Assembly: GCA_948514425.1 (NCBI GenBank)
Contig: CAOQYN010000001.1
Location: 26,605 to 90,604 of the forward strand
DNA: 64,000 nt
Direction: 5' to 3'
Source of the DNA: an uncultured Candidatus Saccharibacteria bacterium
GTDB lineage: Bacteria > Patescibacteriota > Saccharimonadia > Saccharimonadales > Saccharimonadaceae
The notes below the pieces were generated by a model. It did no database searches, was not told the DNA's origin, and saw only the letters and a program-made list of their open reading frames with translations. The position numbers and the translations under genes were made by a program. Of this stretch, positions 40,142-49,298 are shown in pieces. Positions within the stretch are counted from its first letter, which is position 1; each line of letters starts with the position of its first letter.

Positions 40142-42037
40142 ATGTCAAAAATCATTGGTATTGACCTCGGTACAACCAACTCCGCCTTTGCCTACATGGT
40201 TGCTGGCAAACCAGAGGTAATCACAAATAGCGAAGGCGACCGCACCACTCCGAGCGTCGTTGCCGTTACCAAAAAAGGCGACCGCCTAGTCGGTAAAGTT
40301 GCTCAGCGTCAACGTGTCACGAACCCTAAAAATACAATTTACGGCATCAAGCGTTTGATTGGCCGCAAATTCGACGATAAAGAAGTGCAGCGTGACCTCG
40401 ACATCATGCCTTACAAGATCGTCAAAAAAGGCAATGGCGTCGCTGTCGAAATGGACGGCAAGGAATACACCCCAGAGGAGATTTCCGCCATGGTTCTCTC
40501 CAAGATCAAAGCCGATGCCGAAGCTTTCCTTGGCGAGCCGGTCACTGAGGCGATTATCACCGTCCCAGCCTATTTCGACGATTCTCAGCGCCAAGCAACC
40601 AAAGACGCCGGCAAGATTGCTGGCCTCGAAGTCAAGCGCATTATTAACGAGCCGACTGCTGCCGCTCTAGCTTATGGTCTAGAGAATAAGAAAGATGAAC
40701 AAATCGCCGTCTTCGACCTTGGTGGTGGTACTTTCGACGTTTCGATTCTTGAACTTGGTGATGGTGTTTTTGAAGTAAAATCCACTAACGGTGATACTCA
40801 CCTCGGTGGTGAAGACTTCGACAATGTCATCGTGAACTTCCTACTTGATGAGTTCAAAAAAGAATCTGGCATCGACATCAAAAATGACGCTGCCGCTATG
40901 CAGCGCGTCAAAGACGAAGCTGAAAAAGCTAAAAAAGAGCTTTCTAGCGCCAAGGAAGTTGAGATCAACCTACCATTCTTGACTGCTGATGCTGACGGTC
41001 CAAAACATTTTGAATACACTTTGACCCGTGCAAAACTCGAAGAGTTGGTCAAACCTCTCCTCGAACGTCTCGCTGATCCTGTAGAAAAAGCTCTCAAGGA
41101 TGCAAAACTCACTGCTAAGGACATTGACGAGGTTGTTATGGTTGGTGGTATGACTCGTATGCCAGCCGTTGTCGAAGAGGTCAAGAAAATCTTTGGCAAA
41201 GACCCAATGCAGGGTGTCAACCCCGACGAAGTTGTCGCTGTTGGTGCTGCTATCCAAGGCGGCGTTCTCCAAGGTGATGTCAAAGACGTCCTCTTGCTCG
41301 ATGTTACTCCGCTTTCTCTCGGTATCGAGACGATGGGCGGCGTTAGCACAAAACTCATCGAGCGTAATACTACCATCCCGACGAGCAAATCCGAGGTCTT
41401 TTCTACGGCTGCCGACAATCAGCCACAAGTTGAGATTCATGTTCTTCAAGGCGAACGCGAAATGGCCGCCGACAACAAATCTCTCGGTCGCTTCATTCTT
41501 GATGGTATCGCTCCTGCTCCTCGAGGCATTCCACAGATCGAAGTTACTTTCAATATTGATGCCAACGGCATTTTGAATGTTACTGCGAAAGACAAGGGGA
41601 CCGGCAAAGAGCAAAGCATCACGATTCAGAATTCTGGCAACATGAGTAAAGAAGATATCGAAAAAGCTCAGGCTGAAGCCGAAGCTCATGCCGAGGAAGA
41701 TAAAAAGAAGCGCGAAGCCATTGACGCCAAGAACCACCTTGAAAATGAGATTTATCAAGCCGAAAAAATGCCAGATGAGTTCAAAGACAAACTCTCTGAG
41801 GATGATGTAAAGACCATCAAGGACGCTGTCGCAGAAGCCAAACAAGCTCTCGCAGATTCCAGCTCTGATAAAGAAAAACTTGAATCCGCTGCAAAAGCCC
41901 TCAGCGACGTTCGTATGTCGATCGGTGCTAAAATGTACCAATCTGCATCTACTGAAGGTCCAGCCACGGAGTCAACTGACGATACTAAATCTGATGATGG
42001 CGAAGCTGTCGAAGGAGAAGTTGTCGACAAAGAGTAA
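40142..42037 (+). CDS. dnaK: Chaperone DnaK
   Basis: [28 protein letters not shown]. Confidence 0.99.
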   Translation: MSKIIGIDLGTTNSAFAYMVAGKPEVITNSEGDRTTPSVVAVTKKGDRLVGKVAQRQRVTNPKNTIYGIKRLIGRKFDDKEVQRDLDIMPYKIVKKGNGVAVEMDGKEYTPEEISAMVLSKIKADAEAFLGEPVTEAIITVPAYFDDSQRQATKDAGKIAGLEVKRIINEPTAAALAYGLENKKDEQIAVFDLGGGTFDVSILELGDGVFEVKSTNGDTHLGGEDFDNVIVNFLLDEFKKESGIDIKNDAAAMQRVKDEAEKAKKELSSAKEVEINLPFLTADADGPKHFEYTLTRAKLEELVKPLLERLADPVEKALKDAKLTAKDIDEVVMVGGMTRMPAVVEEVKKIFGKDPMQGVNPDEVVAVGAAIQGGVLQGDVKDVLLLDVTPLSLGIETMGGVSTKLIERNTTIPTSKSEVFSTAADNQPQVEIHVLQGEREMAADNKSLGRFILDGIAPAPRGIPQIEVTFNIDANGILNVTAKDKGTGKEQSITIQNSGNMSKEDIEKAQAEAEAHAEEDKKKREAIDAKNHLENEIYQAEKMPDEFKDKLSEDDVKTIKDAVAEAKQALADSSSDKEKLESAAKALSDVRMSIGAKMYQSASTEGPATESTDDTKSDDGEAVEGEVVDKE

Positions 42038-42059
42038 GACTTAGTCGCTAAACGACCCA

Positions 42060-42084
42060 AAAATAGCCCCTAGGGGCTATTTTT
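42060..42084 (+). terminator. dnaK intrinsic terminator
   Basis: AAAATAGCCCC-TA-GGGGCTATTTTT. Confidence 0.85.
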
Positions 42085-42415
42085 GCTGCCCCCTAATCCA
42101 CTTTCCCCATACACCGTTTTAGTCAGAATATTTTACCCCACCACCGCTATTGACAACTTATACTATCTATGCGATTATAAGAAAATCGGTTTCTCCAGTA
42201 TTGCAGAGCATCCAGTACTTTATATTGCATCATAACATCATACTGTATGCCGTGGATGTATAGTGGATTGAGGTTTTCTTAACTTTTGCAAAAACGATAC
42301 ATTCTCTAGCCCAAACGGTTTACTTTGGCTTAATTATTTGAACCCAGCTAAACCGTTTGGCAGTGTTCGCCAGACGGAAATTTAGGCCGGCGGGCGAACG
42401 CAGGAGGAAATAAAA

Positions 42416-42832
42416 ATGAGCAAAACAAATTTAAACACAACAACCAATACGACCAACGGAATCAAGCGCATTATGGTGATTATGGGTATAATTGCGGCGA
42501 TTGCTCTATTAGTGATCGGTCTAAGCTGCGTCGGTCTGTTCTATATACAGCCTGACGCTCCACGCGATACCCTTGTCTTGAGTGGATGTACGACTGTTGC
42601 TAGCAGCCTAGTCGGCGGATTGGCGTTTTTCGCGCTTTCGATTCGACATATGCGCTTTTGTGCATATCTACTTACGTTTAGTAGTATCTGCGCCATGATC
42701 GGCAGTCTCAGACTTGTCATTGGTACTTATCTTGGTATAAATCTTTACAGTGCGTTATTGGCAGTCTACGCCAGTTTTCCGAGTCTGGCACTCACCATCC
42801 TACTTTCTCTTCGCCCAGACCATCACGATTAA
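42416..42832 (+). CDS. Hypothetical 4-TM membrane protein
   Basis: AGGAGG SD, four hydrophobic segments, terminator at 42846-42874. Confidence 0.75.
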   Translation: MSKTNLNTTTNTTNGIKRIMVIMGIIAAIALLVIGLSCVGLFYIQPDAPRDTLVLSGCTTVASSLVGGLAFFALSIRHMRFCAYLLTFSSICAMIGSLRLVIGTYLGINLYSALLAVYASFPSLALTILLSLRPDHHD

Positions 42833-42882
42833 GGACCAATTCCGCAAATGCGCTCAATCTATTTGAGCGCATTTTTATTCCT

Positions 42883-43252
42883 AAAAGCCCCCAGCTTTAG
42901 CTGGGGTTTACGTTTGAAGACAAGGTGCATAATAAGGGTCGTCCGGCAGGATGACCTTTATTGAAAGGAATACGTCTATGCATTACAAACGTACAATTAG
43001 AACTTTATCACATTCATACTGCGATTTGAAGTATCATCTTGTTTGGACCCCCAAATATCGAGGCAAAGAGGATACTTTGCCTCGACCGTGGGTATTGATG
43101 AGCTAGTCGTAAGACGATATGTAAGACATCAAGAAAAATATAACCAAATCGAACAAGCAAACTTGTTTGACAAGATTTAAATATTAACTAAGCGATCCTG
43201 CCGGCATCGCCGGCGAGTCCAAAACCACCAGACCTCAGTCTGGTGGTCGATT
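42883..43252 (+). mobile_element. tnpA: Internally deleted IS200/IS605-family element (tnpA remnant)
   Basis: ATG 42978 gives ...SHSYCDLKYHLVWTPKYRG, joined out of frame to RGYFASTVGIDELVVRRYVRHQ...; subterminal hairpins at ~42888-42906 and 43224-43247. Confidence 0.9.
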
Positions 43253-43284
43253 ATTCATGTTATAATACAAAAAAGGAGTTATTT

Positions 43285-44475
43285 ATGGAAAAGTTGTATC
43301 TAGTCACTAACCCTGGTTCGTCCTCGCGCAAGTACGCCCTCTATCGCGACGACGAACTACTTTGCTCTTTGCACTTTGAGACTGAAGATAAACAGCTTAT
43401 CTGTACTTTTCGCCGCACTGATGGTTCCCGTAAGAAAATTACCGAAGGCTTCAAGCGCATTGGCGACACTATTCGTTATACCTATAATATCCTCGATCAA
43501 GAAGGTTATCTCGGCGATAGCGTCAAAATTAGCGCTGTCCTCGCTCGTGTCGCTGCGACTGGTGAATATTTTTCAGATGATCACATTGTTGATGCTGAAT
43601 GCTTGCGCCGACTTGAAGAAGAAAAGCGCCGCGCTCCGCTCCATGTGCCAGTGATCGCTGCTGAAATTTCTAAATGCGTCGAAACCTTCCCAGATACTCC
43701 AGTGATTACTATTTCCGACTCGCATTTCCATCATACGCGCGACGACGTTCATAAATATTATGCGATTGATACCGAACTTGCCGATCGTGCTGAAATCAAA
43801 CGCTACGGTTACCACGGTTTGTCAATGGGTGCCGTACGTAATTATATGCGTGACGCCGACATTCTCGAACCACGGGTTGTTGCTTGTCACCTTGGGTCTG
43901 GCGCCTCACTTACAGCTATCAAAGATGGTTATTCTTACGATACGACCATGGGCTATACTCCGCTCGAAGGCGTTATGATGGCGACTCGTTGTGGCGACAT
44001 CGACCCCGCTGCCGCAAGCGCTATTCAGCGCGAAATGGGCTTCAACGAAGAAGCGGTCGAAGAATACCTTAATCGTCAATGTGGTCTGCTTGGGGTGAGC
44101 GGCTCAACTGGCGATATGCGTGAGATCCTTGATCTTCGCGCCGACGGCGACCCTCGGGCAAAATTGGCTTACGACATGTATATCTATCGCATCCAGCGGG
44201 CAGTTGGCGAAATGGTTGCCGCTCTGCAAGGTGTCGATGCGCTTGTCTTTACCGCTACTATTGGCGAACGCAATGCTGAGATTCGTCGCGACATTGTCTC
44301 TGGTCTCGGCTACCTCGGGTTCAAGATTAACGATACCAAAAATGATGATGGTCTTGGCGATGCACAACACTGCCTCGTCTCTGCCCCAAGCTCCAAGCCG
44401 ATTTACGTCATTGCTACCGACGAAACCGCTGCCATGATCCGCCGTGCCAAGATTTTGCTTGGTGAAGAAATCTAA
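43285..44475 (+). CDS. ackA: Acetate kinase
   Basis: NPGSSSRKY, APLH, RYGYHGLS, CHLGSGAS, TMGYTPLEG, FTATIGE, TDE. Confidence 0.95.
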   Translation: MEKLYLVTNPGSSSRKYALYRDDELLCSLHFETEDKQLICTFRRTDGSRKKITEGFKRIGDTIRYTYNILDQEGYLGDSVKISAVLARVAATGEYFSDDHIVDAECLRRLEEEKRRAPLHVPVIAAEISKCVETFPDTPVITISDSHFHHTRDDVHKYYAIDTELADRAEIKRYGYHGLSMGAVRNYMRDADILEPRVVACHLGSGASLTAIKDGYSYDTTMGYTPLEGVMMATRCGDIDPAAASAIQREMGFNEEAVEEYLNRQCGLLGVSGSTGDMREILDLRADGDPRAKLAYDMYIYRIQRAVGEMVAALQGVDALVFTATIGERNAEIRRDIVSGLGYLGFKINDTKNDDGLGDAQHCLVSAPSSKPIYVIATDETAAMIRRAKILLGEEI

Positions 44476-44480
44476 AGTTT

Positions 44481-45122
44481 ATGAGCAACGACCAAGTCAC
44501 TCCAGCTGAGACCTCCGAAATTCTCCAGCTTGCCGAAACTTGCCTCTCTGTATCAGGCGACTTCGTCGAGCTCGGTTGCTATCGCGGTGATACCTCAGTT
44601 TTGCTTGGCAAAATGCTCCAAAATTCCACCAAAAACTGTGAATATCTTGTGGAAAACTTGTGCAAAACCCTGTGGATTTATGACTCATTCGCTGGTCTCC
44701 CAGAAAAAACTACCGAAGATAGTTCTGGTGCTGGTCAAAATTTCCAAAAAGGCGAACTCCTAGTCACCAAGCGTGAAATTGTCGAAAAACTTCGCAAACA
44801 CGGTCTCAAAATTACCAATCACCCCGATCCAACAGTAAGCTCAATCATCATTAAAAAAGCTTGGTTTGACGAACTTCAATCTACTGATTTACCTGACCGT
44901 ATCGCTTTTGCTTTTCTTGATGGTGACCTCTATTCGTCGATCAAAACTAGCCTCCAACTCGTCATTCCGCGTCTTGCCGACCAAGGAATTATCATTGTTC
45001 ACGACTACAACAACCCCGAACTCCCTGGATCCGCCCGTGCTGTCGATGAGTTTTTGCGTAGCCATCCAGAATATCATTTGACGCAAAAACACACATTAGC
45101 AATCATCGCGCACAAGTGCTAA
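44481..45122 (+). CDS. TylF/MycF-family O-methyltransferase
   Basis: GDFVELGCYRG, YDSFAGLP, FLDGDLY, VHDY. Confidence 0.9.
   Translation: MSNDQVTPAETSEILQLAETCLSVSGDFVELGCYRGDTSVLLGKMLQNSTKNCEYLVENLCKTLWIYDSFAGLPEKTTEDSSGAGQNFQKGELLVTKREIVEKLRKHGLKITNHPDPTVSSIIIKKAWFDELQSTDLPDRIAFAFLDGDLYSSIKTSLQLVIPRLADQGIIIVHDYNNPELPGSARAVDEFLRSHPEYHLTQKHTLAIIAHKC
45096..45122 (+). promoter_or_regulatory. CIRCE upstream of dnaJ, inside the 3' end of the TylF gene
   Basis: TTAGCAATC-N9-AAGTGCTAA. Confidence 0.8.
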
Positions 45123-45170
45123 TTTTGGCATTGTTTCTCGAGATATAATGTGTTAAAATAAAGTGATAAT

Positions 45171-46082
45171 ATGGCGAAAAAAGATTATTATGAAGTTTTA
45201 GGAGTTTCTAAGAACGCTTCTGATGACGAAATCAAGAAAGCGTATCGCAAACTCGCAGTCAAATACCACCCTGACAAAAATCCAGGTGATAAAGCTGCCG
45301 AGGAAAAATTTAAGGAAATTTCTGAGGCCCACGAAGTACTCGCAGACAAACAAAAGCGCGCTCGCTATGACCAGTTTGGCCATGCCGGTGTTGGTGGTGC
45401 TGGGGCTGGTAGTGCTGGCGGTAATCCGTTCCAAAACGGTAGTTTCAATTTTAACGGTCAGAATTTCAACTTCGACTTTGGCGGTGGCGGCGGTCTCGAC
45501 GACATCCTAGGCTCCATCTTCGGCTTCGGTGGTGGTCAACGCCGCCCAGTGCGCGGTTCGGATTATCGTACGACTGTTACTCTTAATTTTGAAGAAGCAG
45601 TCTTTGGCACTACCAAGGTCATTAGCGCTGACGGCAAAGATCTCAAGGTCAAAATCCCCGCTGGTATTGATGATGGTATGTCGATTCGCCTCAGCGGCAA
45701 AGGCGGCCCAGCGCCCAAAGGCGGGACCAAGGGCGATCTTTACGTTTTTGTTCGTGTGAAGCCGCACAAGCACCTCACGCGCGAGGGGAGTATCATTCTT
45801 TCCGAGATTCGCGTTTCCATGGTTGATGCCGCACTTGGCACAGAGGTAGATGTCGAAACCGTTGATGGTAACGTTCGCATGAAAATCCCCGCTGGCACCC
45901 AATCTGGTACTCCGTTCAAACTTTCTGGTCATGGCGTACCTTTAATGCGCAGCGACGGTGATCGTGGGCCGCATATCGTTACAGTTACTGTTGAGACTCC
46001 TAAAAATCTTAGTAAACGTCAAAAAGAGATTCTTGAGGAATTTCGTGATCCTAAAAATAAAAAACGCGGCTTCTGGGGATAA
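45171..46082 (+). CDS. dnaJ: DnaJ co-chaperone (lacks the Zn-finger)
   Basis: J-domain HPD, G/F region, C-terminal domain, no CxxCxGxG repeats. Confidence 0.93.
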   Translation: MAKKDYYEVLGVSKNASDDEIKKAYRKLAVKYHPDKNPGDKAAEEKFKEISEAHEVLADKQKRARYDQFGHAGVGGAGAGSAGGNPFQNGSFNFNGQNFNFDFGGGGGLDDILGSIFGFGGGQRRPVRGSDYRTTVTLNFEEAVFGTTKVISADGKDLKVKIPAGIDDGMSIRLSGKGGPAPKGGTKGDLYVFVRVKPHKHLTREGSIILSEIRVSMVDAALGTEVDVETVDGNVRMKIPAGTQSGTPFKLSGHGVPLMRSDGDRGPHIVTVTVETPKNLSKRQKEILEEFRDPKNKKRGFWG

Positions 46083-46162
46083 GACAAGAGAAATAAATTG
46101 CGCAAAATAATTGCATTTTTCTTTAAAATCAGTTATTTTAGTACAAAGAAGGAGTAATAAAA

Positions 46163-46585
46163 ATGTATACTTACAACAACACATACTACACCACGACTAC
46201 AACCGTGGACACAGAAGCACTCGCGGCGGTACTAGGAGTTACATCAGTAATCGCCTTGATTATGCTCATTATCATGGTGATCGCTAATTGGAAAATCTTC
46301 ACCAAAGCTGGTAAGCCAGGATGGGCAAGTATTGTGCCATTTTACAATATGTACACCCTCTTTGAAGTAGCCGGAATGAACGGCTGGATGTTCCTATTGC
46401 TTTTGATCCCAATTGTCAACATCGTTATGGCTGTTATGCTATGTATCAACCTGGCCAAAGCGTTCGGCAAATCAAACGCCTTTGCCGTTGGTCTAGTTCT
46501 GCTTAACCCAATCTTCTCGCTTATTCTCGCCTTCGGTAGTGCTAAGTATATCGGAACTGGCAAAGCTAAGGCTATCGCTAAATAG
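46163..46585 (+). CDS. DUF5684-like membrane protein
   Basis: WKIFTKAGKPGWASIVPFYN, LAKAFGK. Confidence 0.8.
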   Translation: MYTYNNTYYTTTTTVDTEALAAVLGVTSVIALIMLIIMVIANWKIFTKAGKPGWASIVPFYNMYTLFEVAGMNGWMFLLLLIPIVNIVMAVMLCINLAKAFGKSNAFAVGLVLLNPIFSLILAFGSAKYIGTGKAKAIAK

Positions 46586-46732
46586 CTAGTTAAATCATAC
46601 AGATAAAAAGCCCCCAACCGATATGGTCGAGGGGCTTTCGAGGTACTTAAAATACAACTTCATCATTTAGCAAGTGCGTGCTGTGCAAATCTCTGCAGGA
46701 GCGCCTTCAACCCTAAGGCACCTCAAATAATC

Positions 46733-47686
46733 CTAAATCTTCGCCAAATACTCAATATACGCATCCACCGCGCGCCAAGCCGACTCATCTCCAGTTGGAT
46801 AATATAAACTCGGACAAGCATTAATCTCAATCACCTGGTCACCATAATAATCAATCCCTACCACTGGCAACTGTGTCGCCCGTGCAATCTTTTCCGCTAA
46901 CTTACGTCTCTCCACCGAAAACTTTGCCGAACAGTCTTCCGCCGTTCCGCCTTGACCAACATTGCAACTCGCGACGACCCGCACCCGCTCCCCCGCCGCC
47001 GGTATCGAGTTCATTTTCTCTCCCAAGAACCTTTCCGCCGCTTCAGCATCAACGTATGCCAGCTCCCCCTGATACGGCTCCGTTCGAATCGTTGCATTCT
47101 CACATTCTATCAATTCCGCAATCGTACGTCGTCCATCACCTGTGACCTGCGCCGGAATCCGCGCAATTGCCATCACGAACCGATAATCAATACAAATCAC
47201 CCGTTGCTCCAGTTCGTCTACTGGCAACTGTGGCTGCACAATCGCCAGTTGCATTTCTGGCGACGCCTCCACTGCCTTCTCAATCGCAGCTTTTGCCTGT
47301 GCTAAATCTTGCACTCCTACGGTCACTCCATTGCCGTGCGCTCCGTCAATCGGTTTAATTGCTACCGCGCTATATTTTTCAATTATCGGCCGAACTTCCT
47401 CTGCCGTTCGCGCCGCTACCGTCTCTGGCTGTGCCACTCCAAGGTCACGTAACAGTTCATAGCTCATCATCTTGTTGTCCGCCAGTCGCAGCGCATACAC
47501 GCTTGTCGTCGGTGGAGTACTCGACGCCACTCTTATAGTTACCCCGTCTGGCCGTGTCAAAATCAGATTGTTTTGGCTCTCGCGACAAAGTTTTTCCGCC
47601 CGCCATCCGGCCTGTTTCAGTTTCTTGCGCAAAAACCGCATCGACATCGGCAACTCATTCTCAGGTATAGAGTAGTAATCAATCAT
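46733..47686 (-). CDS. ATP-grasp protein (cyanophycin-synthetase-like ATP-grasp domain)
   Basis: DNK, KPIDGAHGNGV, PAQVTGDG.RTIAELI, N...GG, IEINACP. Confidence 0.85.
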   Translation of the reverse strand: MIDYYSIPENELPMSMRFLRKKLKQAGWRAEKLCRESQNNLILTRPDGVTIRVASSTPPTTSVYALRLADNKMMSYELLRDLGVAQPETVAARTAEEVRPIIEKYSAVAIKPIDGAHGNGVTVGVQDLAQAKAAIEKAVEASPEMQLAIVQPQLPVDELEQRVICIDYRFVMAIARIPAQVTGDGRRTIAELIECENATIRTEPYQGELAYVDAEAAERFLGEKMNSIPAAGERVRVVASCNVGQGGTAEDCSAKFSVERRKLAEKIARATQLPVVGIDYYGDQVIEINACPSLYYPTGDESAWRAVDAYIEYLAKI

Positions 47687-47753
47687 ACCTCAATTATACC
47701 ATATTTCACTCATAGATATTGACTTTTTACGTCATCTGTGCTATAATGGTAGT

Positions 47754-48251
47754 ATGAGCACTCATAAACTTGAAATCATTGGTAACAGCACTCTCATTAC
47801 GCTCCAAGGAGTTAAAAAAGTTCCCGCGAAAATTGATACGGGAGCCGAGAGTTCGTCTGTTTGGGCTAGCGACATTACGCTAAACCCAGACAATAGTCTT
47901 AGTTTTTGTCTTTTTGCTCTTGGGAGTGATTTTTATACTGGTGAGCGTATTACGGTTCAAGATTATAAAGCAGTGTCAGTGCGCAACTCTACTGGGCAAG
48001 CTAAAGTACGCTACCGAGTTCGTCTTTCCATTAAAATTGGCAAAAAGAATATCAAAGCTGGTTTTACTCTTGCCGATCGCAGCAAGAACAACTTCCCTGT
48101 ATTGATTGGCCGTCGGCTGCTTAAGGGTCGTTTCCTCGTCGACGTTTCACAGCTGGAAGTTCCATACCCACCCCGGATTCGGGACATGGAGCTGAATGCT
48201 GAACTCGAGCAAGATCCTCAGGCTTTCCATCGTAAATACATGGACAAATAG
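47754..48251 (+). CDS. RimK-associated retropepsin-like (RimB-like) protease
   Basis: PAKIDTGAESSS, FTLADRS, PVLIGR; adjacent to the RimK gene. Confidence 0.85.
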   Translation: MSTHKLEIIGNSTLITLQGVKKVPAKIDTGAESSSVWASDITLNPDNSLSFCLFALGSDFYTGERITVQDYKAVSVRNSTGQAKVRYRVRLSIKIGKKNIKAGFTLADRSKNNFPVLIGRRLLKGRFLVDVSQLEVPYPPRIRDMELNAELEQDPQAFHRKYMDK

Positions 48252-48298
48252 ACGCAGTATATAACACAATCAGACGAAAGGTATGATAAAATAAAATT

Positions 48299-49207
48299 AT
48301 GAAAATAGCAATTCTTTCAAATGGTAACGCCAATTATTCCACCCGTCGCTTAGTTGCTGAGGCTGAGCAGCGTGGACATCAGGTGCGCGTGATTAAATAT
48401 AAGGATTGCTATCTTTCGCTTGACGAAAAACACCCTAACATCTTTTATCGTGGCGAAAAACTTCGCAAATACGACGCGATTATTCCGCGTATTGCTAATA
48501 GCATGACACGCTACGGGTGCGCAATTGTCCGCCAGTTTGAAATGCAAGGCGCTTGGGCTGCTTCAAGCTCAATTGCTATCTCGCGTTCTCGCGATAAACT
48601 TCGCTCCCAGCAAATCCTTACTAAGGCTGGCATCGATACACCTAAAACACTGGTCAGTCGCAATACCGCCGACATTGATGATCTGATTGAACAGATTGGT
48701 CTTCCCGTAATCATTAAACTTGCTACTAGTACTCATGGCAACGGTGTTGTTCTCGCTGAGACAAAAAAGGCCGCCAAGTCCGCCCTCCAAGCTTTCTATC
48801 TCTATAATGAAGACGGTACCAACATCTTGCTTCAAGAATACGTCAGGGAATCTGCTGGTGTTGATATTCGTGCTTTGGTCGTTGGCTCACGTGTTGTTGC
48901 TAGTATGAAGCGCCAATCTCTCGACGACGATTTTCGCAGCAACCTCCATAAAGGCGGAGAGGGAACGAGTGTAAAGCTTACTAACGAAGAAAAACGTATT
49001 GTGGTCAAGGCTGCTAAAGTCATGGGGCTTCACGTTGCCGGTGTTGACCTCATGCGCTCCGCGCGTGGTCCACTTGTCCTGGAGGTAAACGCTTCGCCAG
49101 GGTTTGGTATCGAAAAAGTTACTGGTCGCAATGTTGCGGAAAAGATTATTGAGTATATCGAACATAACGCTAGTCGCAAAAACTCCAAAGATCGCGTTGG
49201 TGCTTAA
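48299..49207 (+). CDS. rimK: RimK-family alpha-L-glutamate ligase
   Basis: RSRDKLRS, FRSNLHKGG, GVDLMRS, LEVNASPG. Confidence 0.93.
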   Translation: MKIAILSNGNANYSTRRLVAEAEQRGHQVRVIKYKDCYLSLDEKHPNIFYRGEKLRKYDAIIPRIANSMTRYGCAIVRQFEMQGAWAASSSIAISRSRDKLRSQQILTKAGIDTPKTLVSRNTADIDDLIEQIGLPVIIKLATSTHGNGVVLAETKKAAKSALQAFYLYNEDGTNILLQEYVRESAGVDIRALVVGSRVVASMKRQSLDDDFRSNLHKGGEGTSVKLTNEEKRIVVKAAKVMGLHVAGVDLMRSARGPLVLEVNASPGFGIEKVTGRNVAEKIIEYIEHNASRKNSKDRVGA

Positions 49208-49298
49208 TAGTCCTAGTCTTGCTTAATTGTCAACAATTTGCTATAATACTAGACAATAACCAGCAGAGTTATTAGAAAGGTGCAAGGGAACTAGTCTA

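Noticed and set aside
40970..41941. 323-aa and 206-aa antisense ORFs within dnaK
   Set aside because: Long antisense frames opposite dnaK are a familiar codon-bias artefact; no start signals seen.
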